Source: Chitinophagaceae bacterium (GTDB lineage Bacteria; Bacteroidota; Bacteroidia; Chitinophagales; Chitinophagaceae). From it: DNA of 36,682 nucleotides. Below the pieces are notes generated by a model, which ran no database searches, was not told where the DNA came from, and saw only the letters and a program-made list of their open reading frames with translations. How positions within the stretch are numbered: position 1 is the stretch's first letter; each line of letters opens with the position of its first letter. The stretch spans positions 1-36,682 of the forward strand of contig DATGSF010000164.1 of the NCBI GenBank assembly GCA_035302865.1, written 5' to 3'. Position numbers and translations under genes: made by a program. Of the stretch, positions 19,042-27,036 are shown piece after piece.

Positions 19042-20289
19042 ATGATGAAACAAAAAAGATTATTTAAAACCTTAACTGTTGTGTTATCCTGTACAAGTAT
19101 TTTATACTTTAATTCATGTAAAAAAGAAGAAATGCCTGAAAGAGGTAATGAAGATGCTGAGCTGTTAGATTGTAGTATATTTACTGAGGATATTGTTTTG
19201 GAAAAAAATCCAGAAAGAAATGTTGATTATTTAATAGATTGTAGAGTTAGAATAAATGGTTCTAAATTAACTATTGAGCCTGGTGTTATTATAGAATTTA
19301 CAGAAAATGGTTGGATAGAACAAAGAGGGAATTCAGAAGGAATTATTTCTGCAATTGGTACTGCAAATGACCCTATAATCTTTAGAGGTACCAAAAACAG
19401 TAAAGGACATTGGAAGGGTATAAAAATTGGAAGTGATAACAATGAAAACGAATTAAAATATATTAAACTTCAAGATGCAGGTAAAGAAAATTTAGCGGGA
19501 TTGAGAGTGGGTACAAATGCACATTTAAAGCTTTCAAATAGTGAAATATCTAATAATAAAGAAGCAGGTCTTAGCATTTTTACTGCAACTCCATTTGTTG
19601 GTGTTGATGTGGGAGAATATGCTGTAAATTTAACTAATAATAGAGTTTTTAATAATGCTTATCCTGTTTCCGTACATGTGCAAAATGTGAATAATTTAAC
19701 TCCTGGGAATGACTTTTCTGGAAATGATAGGGATGAAATAGAAGTAGAAACTGGAAATTCTTCGGGTTATAGGATTCTTCAAGATGTTACATGGAATAAT
19801 TTAGGTATGCCTTATATACTTCGTGGCGGTGATGTAAGAACGAGAGGAAAATTAACCATTGAGCCAGGAGTTATAATGAAATTTGATTTGAATGCAAATC
19901 TAACTATTACTAAGGATGGAAGTATTCACGCTGTTGGTACAGAAGAAAAACCAATAGTATTTACATCTATTGAAAATACTCCTCAATATTGGAGAAGCAT
20001 ACAAGCAGAATCGGAACAACCTGTCAATGAAATAGCATATGCTATAATTGAAAATACTGGTAATGAAAGTACAGGTAGTAGATGGAAACAAGGAAATGTT
20101 GTTTCATATAAAACAAGTCATGTACTTAATATTCATGATGTAAAATTTCGAAATATTAATCCAAAATTTTGTGCAGTGCGTGGTCCTGTTCAAGTGTCAA
20201 ATATTAGTATAGAAGGTCATGATCCAAATGAGGTATGTGAACACAATGAAGATCACCGACAAGCAGATAATGATTATGATATGCCCTAA
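19042..20289 (+). CDS. probable lipoprotein with an internally duplicated beta-helix-like module, function unknown
   Basis: Signal peptide with Cys residues at 17 and 26. KLTIEPGVI... modules sit at residues 75-146 and 270-340. Short Asn/Gly-rich repeats between them resemble parallel beta-helix turns. The tail is acidic and His/Cys-containing. Confidence 0.55.
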   Translation: MMKQKRLFKTLTVVLSCTSILYFNSCKKEEMPERGNEDAELLDCSIFTEDIVLEKNPERNVDYLIDCRVRINGSKLTIEPGVIIEFTENGWIEQRGNSEGIISAIGTANDPIIFRGTKNSKGHWKGIKIGSDNNENELKYIKLQDAGKENLAGLRVGTNAHLKLSNSEISNNKEAGLSIFTATPFVGVDVGEYAVNLTNNRVFNNAYPVSVHVQNVNNLTPGNDFSGNDRDEIEVETGNSSGYRILQDVTWNNLGMPYILRGGDVRTRGKLTIEPGVIMKFDLNANLTITKDGSIHAVGTEEKPIVFTSIENTPQYWRSIQAESEQPVNEIAYAIIENTGNESTGSRWKQGNVVSYKTSHVLNIHDVKFRNINPKFCAVRGPVQVSNISIEGHDPNEVCEHNEDHRQADNDYDMP

Positions 20290-20377
20290 GTTTGATATTT
20301 AATGAATGCTTATTTTTTTAAAATGAGTAAATCTCACTTAAAATTGTATAATTTAGTTGCATGCTAAATGGTTATAT

Positions 20378-20416
20378 AAAAAAGAGAGAGAATGTAGTCA
20401 AATTCTCTCTCTTTTT
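20378..20416. terminator. bidirectional intrinsic terminator between convergent genes
   Basis: aaaaaa-gagagagaat-gtagtcaa-attctctctc-ttttt. Confidence 0.8.
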
Positions 20417-20433
20417 ATATTAATGTTGAAGTC

Positions 20434-23400
20434 TTATTTAAAAATAATTTTAATTTCTACTCTACGATCTAAAGCGGGGTTTAGGGAAGCTTTATTTGAT
20501 ATATTTATTCCATTTAGTTGAATTCTATTGACAGAAATACCAAACCTTTCCATCAGTATTGTTTTTACATTTAAGAAACGCTGTGTTGCAATTCTTTCAT
20601 TCACTTCCTTTGTACCAGAAGCATCTGTATATCCTTTTAGTTCAATTAAAGTGTTTTTGTTTGCTTTTATAAAATCTACAATTTCAATTAGTTTTTGCTG
20701 TTCTTTTTCAGAAAGTTGCGTAGAACCTAATTCAAAATAAACATTCCAACTTTCTATCGAACTTTGAGCATTGTCTTCTATATATTCATTATCTTCTTGT
20801 TTTTTATTTACTTCTGAGATGTTTTTTTCTTCCATAGCTTCAAATGAACTAATATCTTCTACGATTTCTTCGCCTTTTTCTTCAATTACAGTCTCTGTAT
20901 CTATTTTATCCTCTAATTTATCAACGGGATTAAGGATTATTACTTTTCCCTCATTAGATTTTTGAATGGATTTTACATCATCATTCTCACTTGATGAATT
21001 TTCTTCTTGAATTGTTACATCTTCTTCTTTATAGAAGTTATTGTTATCTTTATTTTCTAGATTGTCTTTGTTTTCTAAAGCTTCAAGACGCTTGCTCAGT
21101 TCTTCCAATTCTTTTGATAATTCACTATTAATGGCATTTTCTCCATTTTCAGCACCAGCTATAATGATAGGATTTAAACTAGGTCTCACACTTGCATTAA
21201 GATTGGTATTTTTATATAATAATTTCTCCAAGCCTAATATATGACGATCTAATTTGCTTCTATCCTGTATTAATGTATTTTTTAAACTTTCATTTTCTAT
21301 TTGAAGCTTTTTTAAATCTTCTTGAACTATCCTATAATTTTCTTTGTATTGCTCTAGTTCGGCATTGTTTAAACTAAACTGCATCTCCTTTTCTTCCTCA
21401 ACTTGCTTTTCCTCTTGCGCATTTTTTTTAAATCGATTGAAAAAACCTTTTTTATTATCTTCAAAATTCTTTTCTAAATTCTTTTGGGCTAGATCTAAAG
21501 AATCTATTTTAAGTTGTAATTCTTGTAAGTTCTTTTCCTCCTTCTGAATTGCTAATTCCTTTTCCTGCTTTGCAAATTGTAATTTTTCCAAAGAATCCAA
21601 TCCAGCGTTTATTTTTTTCTGATAATTATTTATTTCTTCTTGTTCTTCCTCCTCATAACTGTTGACCCAGATTGTAGAGTCTTTAATTATATTTTTATTT
21701 ACGGAATCGAATGTTTCTACATAATAAATTTGATTATGATCTTTCTTACTCGAACTTGTTTTTTCTAGCTTGGCCTCTGTATTGTTCAAGGTGTCTTTAG
21801 GTAATGTATAATAATAAACTCTTTTATTTTTTAAATACTCTGATTTGTCATCTTTTAAATCAAAAATAGCTTTTTCCATTAATAAAATAGTAGTATTCAA
21901 TTCTTCTATTCTCAATGAATCATTTAAATCTAAGCTTTCCTTTTTAAGTATTTGCGTTTTTTCCTGCTCTGATTTTTCTAAAATAGATATTAGCTCTTTG
22001 TGAATTAGTGAATCAGTATTTAGATTTTTTAAAACAGCAGTATCTTTTATATAATAAATACTACCATATTCTTTATTGTTTATTTTATCATTACTTTCCT
22101 CTTTTATAGGTTTGAAGCTATAAAATATTTTTTCTGAATCTGGAAGTGGTTGATAAGAATATTCTATTTTTTTATTGTTTTTATATTCTTTTAATTGATT
22201 TTTAAAAGAATGTAAAATTTTATCAAGATAAATAATATCGGCACTATCGCTGGGAGTTAAATACTCTTTTTCCAAAAGATAAGATTTTTCTTTTTCTAAA
22301 ATTTTTATTGATTTTTTCAAATCTTCAAATTTAATGGAATCATTAACTCCAGCTGTATATTGTTCTAGTAATTTAACTTTATCCTTTAATTTACTTAGTT
22401 CAAATATTAAATTATCAATTTCTTTATTTTGAGCATTTATTTTTACATCCACAGACTCTTTCCAACCTATATCTTTTTGTTCGTCTTTTATTTCTTCATT
22501 TTTTTGGTATATGTAGAAATTTTGATTTGCATTAGTGTTATGATAAATTGGTCCAGCTTTAAAGGAAGAAGCTTTTTTTCCTATATGTATATTAAAACCA
22601 ATTTTATTAAAGATATAAAAATCATTTATCCCATCATTATTTCCTCTATTTTTGCCAGTAGATATAGGTTTCATGCTAGGATTAGCAGCATAAGCCTGTT
22701 CGGGAGAATTATAAGATGTTTTATATAAGCCACTTACATCATCTAAATAATCAGAAAATGCGTATTTAATATCTGTTTCCAGAAATAAACTTATATGATT
22801 TCCTAAGCGGAATTTCAAGCCTAAAGCTAAATCAAGATAAGGAATTAAATTGTTGTACTTTTCATGAGTTTCCGTTTGTAAATCTCTAAGATTTGTTTCG
22901 AAAATTCCATTTGTTTCAACATTAGGATTATCATAATCATAATGCATTCCATTATTATCATATAAATCCCCATAGTTTTTGAAATATGTCAACCCTGCAC
23001 CTGCTTGAATATATGGAGCTAAGAAGGCTTTTCTACTAAGAATTTTACCATTATCACTATGAAAAACAAATGCTAAGCCAACATCGTATATAGTAGACTT
23101 AAAATTCAATGATCTATCCCAATTTTTTACTGCTCTATCAAATTCACCATTAGATTTAATGTATCTATCACTCATAGATATTTCACCATAATTACCTTGA
23201 AGTTTTAAACCTATTCCCGGAGTTAAACGTTTTTCAATATTTATGTGATAACTTAAAGAGGAATGGTAATTCGGATTATAATAGAAAAACTGGTATAAAT
23301 TTTTCCAATCTTTCCATTTTTTAATTTGATAGGGACTTAAATCGCCATAATAATTCGTATATCCTGTACCTAAGCCAATTTTCCAATCTATTCCTGAGTT

Positions 23401-23475
23401 TTGCGCCTTTGCTTTATTGTTATTAATGACAAAACAAGAAATTGATAGAATTAATATATTTCTTAATTTTTTCAT
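20434..23475 (-). CDS. OmpA_C-domain protein, 1013 aa: N-terminal outer-membrane-barrel-like domain, ~580-aa coiled-coil-like spacer, C-terminal peptidoglycan-binding OmpA/MotB domain
   Basis: The C-terminal ~105 aa are classic OmpA_C (LKGYTDASGTKEVNERIATQRFLNVKTIL...DRRVEIKI). The start is set to the ATG at 23475 (MKKLRNILILSISCFVINNNKAKAQ, a signal peptide), because the track's 23496 start is a TTG that overlaps the upstream gene. Confidence 0.8.
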   Translation of the reverse strand: MKKLRNILILSISCFVINNNKAKAQNSGIDWKIGLGTGYTNYYGDLSPYQIKKWKDWKNLYQFFYYNPNYHSSLSYHINIEKRLTPGIGLKLQGNYGEISMSDRYIKSNGEFDRAVKNWDRSLNFKSTIYDVGLAFVFHSDNGKILSRKAFLAPYIQAGAGLTYFKNYGDLYDNNGMHYDYDNPNVETNGIFETNLRDLQTETHEKYNNLIPYLDLALGLKFRLGNHISLFLETDIKYAFSDYLDDVSGLYKTSYNSPEQAYAANPSMKPISTGKNRGNNDGINDFYIFNKIGFNIHIGKKASSFKAGPIYHNTNANQNFYIYQKNEEIKDEQKDIGWKESVDVKINAQNKEIDNLIFELSKLKDKVKLLEQYTAGVNDSIKFEDLKKSIKILEKEKSYLLEKEYLTPSDSADIIYLDKILHSFKNQLKEYKNNKKIEYSYQPLPDSEKIFYSFKPIKEESNDKINNKEYGSIYYIKDTAVLKNLNTDSLIHKELISILEKSEQEKTQILKKESLDLNDSLRIEELNTTILLMEKAIFDLKDDKSEYLKNKRVYYYTLPKDTLNNTEAKLEKTSSSKKDHNQIYYVETFDSVNKNIIKDSTIWVNSYEEEEQEEINNYQKKINAGLDSLEKLQFAKQEKELAIQKEEKNLQELQLKIDSLDLAQKNLEKNFEDNKKGFFNRFKKNAQEEKQVEEEKEMQFSLNNAELEQYKENYRIVQEDLKKLQIENESLKNTLIQDRSKLDRHILGLEKLLYKNTNLNASVRPSLNPIIIAGAENGENAINSELSKELEELSKRLEALENKDNLENKDNNNFYKEEDVTIQEENSSSENDDVKSIQKSNEGKVIILNPVDKLEDKIDTETVIEEKGEEIVEDISSFEAMEEKNISEVNKKQEDNEYIEDNAQSSIESWNVYFELGSTQLSEKEQQKLIEIVDFIKANKNTLIELKGYTDASGTKEVNERIATQRFLNVKTILMERFGISVNRIQLNGINISNKASLNPALDRRVEIKIIFK

Positions 23476-23476
23476 T

Positions 23477-24652
23477 TTATTTTCTATTTTTATCAAAACC
23501 TAACCATAAATTTATTTCTGCACTTAAACCAATAAAAGGTTTAACTCTGAAATTTTCCATTTGAATATTTTGGAAGCCATTGAATGCTTCTGTTGATGTA
23601 AATACTGCTCCTGCTTGAGCGCGGAAAATATGTAGAAACTTATATCCAACACCAGCGAAGAATGGTTTATTGATAATGAGACCTGTAATCTTATTATCTT
23701 CTTTATCTTTAAAATCTTTAATAAATACTCCTAAAGAAATTGAAGTATTCCCCCAGAAGCTTGAGTATCTATCATCAGCTAGAGGGAAAGATATGCCTAT
23801 ATACGGAGAAGAAGCGATATTTAAATTATCGATATCTCCACTTAGATAGGTTCCTCCATACCCAACATTTAAAGCAATATAATTACTCGATCTTTCTACA
23901 GGGTACCTTTTTATTTCTCTAAAGTCACTTAATACTACAATATTGCCGTTCATATAAGCATTAAGCTCTCTCCATGTCAAATCTAATAATTCCTCAATTT
24001 CTTTATTTCTGAGATTATAAGTATAATCTTCATTATTGTTGTTGGAGGCAACATAATATTTGGCATGTTTTGTTCTTTTACCTTTTATTTGCTCCAGTTT
24101 TTGTAATACCATATCTGAAAATCCTGAAAATTGTCCTGGAGTAATAATTCTATAAAAGCTAAGAGCTCCATCTACTACCTCGTTCATTTCATTAAGAATC
24201 TGTTTAGGGTTCTTATTTAAAGTAAGTTTTCTGGAATCAGCTTGCACAATATCATTGATATATGTTTTTAGATGTTGGTTAAGATTTTCTGCAAGGTTTA
24301 TTCTCTCATTGCTTTCCATTTTATTATAAAAATGAAAAGTAAAGCTATATTCTTGACTACCTCTTAATTTTTGATTAATTGGAATATATATAGTTTGATT
24401 TTCATTCCCTAGCGGTCTCTTCCATTCTGTGCTATATATTGGATTATTAGAATTTTCATTTTTATATATTTTCACCTCCACTAAATTGATATCTGTTGGA
24501 ACTTGAATCTTTAAAAGAAAAGGTGTCGCAGAGGGGAGTTCTTGATTTTCATTAAATATATTGTTATGATAATCATAAATAATAGTTGGGTTTTGACCAA
24601 AACTAGAGAATGCGAAAATTATTGACAGGAACGTTAAAACGAACTTTTGCAT
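23477..24652 (-). CDS. secreted hypothetical protein, 391 aa (beta-rich N-domain, helical middle, barrel-like C-terminal ~130 aa)
   Basis: Signal peptide MQKFVLTFLSIIFAFSSFGQ. The C-terminal part has alternating hydrophobic/aromatic strands (YIALNVGYGGTY, SPYIGISFPL, ISLGVFIKDF, FFAGVGYKF, FRAQAGAVFTS, FIGLSAEINLWLGF). Its stop lies 1 nt before the next ATG. Confidence 0.6.
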   Translation of the reverse strand: MQKFVLTFLSIIFAFSSFGQNPTIIYDYHNNIFNENQELPSATPFLLKIQVPTDINLVEVKIYKNENSNNPIYSTEWKRPLGNENQTIYIPINQKLRGSQEYSFTFHFYNKMESNERINLAENLNQHLKTYINDIVQADSRKLTLNKNPKQILNEMNEVVDGALSFYRIITPGQFSGFSDMVLQKLEQIKGKRTKHAKYYVASNNNNEDYTYNLRNKEIEELLDLTWRELNAYMNGNIVVLSDFREIKRYPVERSSNYIALNVGYGGTYLSGDIDNLNIASSPYIGISFPLADDRYSSFWGNTSISLGVFIKDFKDKEDNKITGLIINKPFFAGVGYKFLHIFRAQAGAVFTSTEAFNGFQNIQMENFRVKPFIGLSAEINLWLGFDKNRK

Positions 24653-24698
24653 GATTTGTTTCTTTAAAAAAATTTGAAGTAATTATTAAAATAAAATG

Positions 24699-24706
24699 CA
24701 AAGTTA
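24699..24706 (-). promoter_or_regulatory. -7 box TAACTTTG (minus strand) for the 391-aa/1013-aa operon
   Basis: The plus strand reads caaagtta. The box lies 46 nt upstream of the ATG at 24652. Confidence 0.5.
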
Positions 24707-24757
24707 AATAAATATATGTTGAAAAGGAGGGTTATAGTATACATAAAGTAAAGACAC

Positions 24758-24797
24758 AACGCAGTTTAACAATTTTTTGATAAAAGTAAACTGCGTT
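24758..24797 (-). terminator. hairpin downstream of the arginase-fold gene, possible terminator
   Basis: aacgcagttta / taaactgcgtt form an 11-bp stem with an 18-nt loop. The trailing T-run on the minus strand is weak (gtgtctttac). Confidence 0.4.
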
Positions 24798-24885
24798 TAA
24801 TCTTTACCTATAAAAATATAAGATTTTTTAGGGCTGGAATTGTATTCTATATAATAAGGATAATTTTATTCGAAAAAGTTTAACC

Positions 24886-26010
24886 TTAACTCAATCGTTC
24901 CTGCGCTCTTAACCAAGCATCTGGTAAATCACCAGATGCGGCTATGTGATAGTCAATATTGCTACAAGGAATAAAATCTTTATTTAAAAGCTGCACCCAC
25001 CATCGGTTTGTTCTTTTGCTTTGAATAAATAATAATGGATACCCTTTCACCTCTACATGATATTCTTTGAAATTATCAGGTTTTGTTTTATATGTAAGTT
25101 CTTTTTTTCCTAATTGAAAACCATCTAAAAAGTACCAGATCATTTGAGCAATAAGCTTTGCCCCGAGGCTATGAACATCCAATTCAGGTAAATATCCAGC
25201 AATTCCAAAACTTTTTATTTTTTCACTCATACCTGAATACTTAGCTAAAGCACAAAGTTCATCTCCAAATAATCCATTTGGGGAAGGGTTTTTATAAAAT
25301 ACTCCTTCTGAATAGCGTAACACGCTCATGTCTATGCTAACGATATCACTATTTCTAAAAACAGGCTCCATTCCTTCTAAATCTTCTCTTACTCTTCCTA
25401 CTCTATAGCAGTCGAATCTGAGTTTGTCTAAAGTTTCGAGCATTTCTGGATTTGTAAAATAGCTTTCAAAACCAACAATATTGAGATGTTTAACATAGTT
25501 TTCTTGTGATAGTAATAATTCCATTAAATAGCTGTCTTCATCAATGATTTCTTTCTCATGTAAATCTATTTTTTGATCGATTATTGTAATTTCGATAGGC
25601 TTTTTATTGGTTTTAAAAGGTGCATATTGTTGTAAGATAAAATCTTGTGATCCTCCTATTAAAATTACCACTTTATCCATTTCGTATAATTCAGTTAGTA
25701 CTGCCTTTAGTACAGTTGGCGTTAGGGCTTCAGGTCTATGTCTTAATAAAGTACCTATATCTAACACTTTATAATTTGGATACCAATCATATAATTTTGC
25801 TAATTCTTTTCTTATTTTATTTGCAGCATGAAAATTTTCATCAGCATTTAAACTGTGGCAACCCAAAAGAATAATATCAGCCTCCTCTACGCCCTCAATT
25901 CCTGCAATGGATTCTTTCATTTTTGCTCCTACTTGTAATGGAGATTCTAGTTCGGTTAGGGAATCCTTAAAGCTTCTTTGATCAAAAAAATCAGAAAAAT
26001 CTATATTCAT
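24886..26010 (-). CDS. arginase/formiminoglutamase-fold (ureohydrolase family) protein, metal-ligand motifs apparently degenerate
   Basis: Its length and the order of blocks (VILIGGSQDF, TIIDQKIDLHE, IVSIDMSVLRYSE) mirror the GGDHS / DAHxD / SxDxDxxDP blocks of ureohydrolases, but several ligand positions are substituted. Confidence 0.65.
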   Translation of the reverse strand: MNIDFSDFFDQRSFKDSLTELESPLQVGAKMKESIAGIEGVEEADIILLGCHSLNADENFHAANKIRKELAKLYDWYPNYKVLDIGTLLRHRPEALTPTVLKAVLTELYEMDKVVILIGGSQDFILQQYAPFKTNKKPIEITIIDQKIDLHEKEIIDEDSYLMELLLSQENYVKHLNIVGFESYFTNPEMLETLDKLRFDCYRVGRVREDLEGMEPVFRNSDIVSIDMSVLRYSEGVFYKNPSPNGLFGDELCALAKYSGMSEKIKSFGIAGYLPELDVHSLGAKLIAQMIWYFLDGFQLGKKELTYKTKPDNFKEYHVEVKGYPLLFIQSKRTNRWWVQLLNKDFIPCSNIDYHIAASGDLPDAWLRAQERLS

Positions 26011-26091
26011 TTTAGATGTTTGAGATAAAAAAATAAATAATCACGCAATTTAGTTTAAAAAATCGTAGTTTTAATGGAATAAATAAAAAAA

Positions 26092-26988
26092 ATGAACCTA
26101 ATAAATCTTGCTGAAGATTATATACATTTTTTAAAGTATGAAAGAAGGATGTCGCTTCATACTATAGAAAGTTATTTATCTGATATTAAGCAATTTTTGG
26201 AATATTTAAAGGATGTTTATGCAATAGAAAATGTTCATGAAGTATCTTGGATGCATATTCGTTCGTATATAGTTGAGATATCATTTGAATCCTATAAAGC
26301 AAGTTCTTTGCAAAGGAAACAATCTGCTATTAAGCAATTTTTTGATTTTGCAGTATTACAAAAGATTATAAAAAAGAATCCTGTAAAACGATTTCCCAAA
26401 AGAAGAGTAGAGGAGCGTCTTCCTGAGGTTTTAACCGAAAAGCAAACGGGGATGTTATTTTCAGAGGAGCATTTAAATAATTTAAATATTTCTTTAAGAG
26501 ACAGGATTATTTTAGAAATTTTATATCAAACAGGAATGAGAGTTTCTGAGTTGATAGAGATGAAAGAAAGAAATATTGATTTTTCAAAATGCGAGCTAAA
26601 AATATTGGGTAAAGGAAATAAATGGAGGATTATACCTATTCATAAGGACTTATCTGCCTTACTTAAAGAATATAAAAATTATAAAGCTGAAGAAAATTTG
26701 ATTGTTTCGGAAAATTTCTTAACTTTAGAATCAGGAGCACCTTTGTACAGACAATATGTATATAGAGTTGTGAAGAAGTACCTAAGTAGCGTGAGTAGTG
26801 CTAGTTATAAAGGTCCCCATGTATTAAGACATACTTTTGCAAGTCAATTATTAAATGCTGGGGCTAATTTAATACATATAAAAGAACTACTAGGTCATGA
26901 GAGTTTAGAATCAACTCAAATATATACCAAAGTGCATATAGAACGATTGAAAGAGGTGTATAAAAAGGCACATCCTAAAAATAAATAG
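26092..26988 (+). CDS. tyrosine site-specific recombinase, XerC/XerD family
   Basis: Catalytic blocks GMRVSEL (Arg), HVLRHTFAS (HxxR) and LGHESLESTQIYT (His...Tyr). 298 aa, typical Xer size. Confidence 0.85.
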   Translation: MNLINLAEDYIHFLKYERRMSLHTIESYLSDIKQFLEYLKDVYAIENVHEVSWMHIRSYIVEISFESYKASSLQRKQSAIKQFFDFAVLQKIIKKNPVKRFPKRRVEERLPEVLTEKQTGMLFSEEHLNNLNISLRDRIILEILYQTGMRVSELIEMKERNIDFSKCELKILGKGNKWRIIPIHKDLSALLKEYKNYKAEENLIVSENFLTLESGAPLYRQYVYRVVKKYLSSVSSASYKGPHVLRHTFASQLLNAGANLIHIKELLGHESLESTQIYTKVHIERLKEVYKKAHPKNK

Positions 26989-27036
26989 CTTATGATAAAA
27001 TAATTACAATTTTTAACCTTTAAAAATTTAAAATTT

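Noticed and set aside
21043-21075. Tandem repeat ENKDNLENKDN in the large OmpA_C protein
   Set aside because: It is only two imperfect 5-residue units within generally low-complexity sequence. That is not enough to call a repeat array or a slippage-prone tract.
20528-22728. Five plus-strand ORFs (64-99 aa) inside the 1013-aa OmpA_C gene, plus 23740..23922 inside the 391-aa gene
   Set aside because: They are low-complexity S/F/L-rich translations produced by reading AAA/GAA-rich coding DNA backwards. Stop codons are rare in that frame for compositional reasons.
23476-23496. A 20-nt overlap between the 391-aa gene and the track's 1020-aa ORF
   Set aside because: The 1020-aa ORF starts at a TTG. 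The ATG at 23475 gives a normal signal peptide and removes the overlap, leaving 1 nt of spacing.
24653-24885. The 233-bp intergenic region with an 11-bp-stem hairpin as a possible sRNA or riboswitch
   Set aside because: The hairpin sits where a terminator for the arginase-fold gene is expected, and the rest is accounted for by the operon promoter (-7 box at 24699..24706). There are no conserved riboswitch cores that I recognise.
26092-26988. The tyrosine recombinase as a marker of an integrated mobile element
   Set aside because: Its size (298 aa) and motifs fit chromosomal XerC/XerD. The neighbours are hpf and housekeeping genes. I see no flanking direct repeats, tRNA target, excisionase, transposase or cargo genes.
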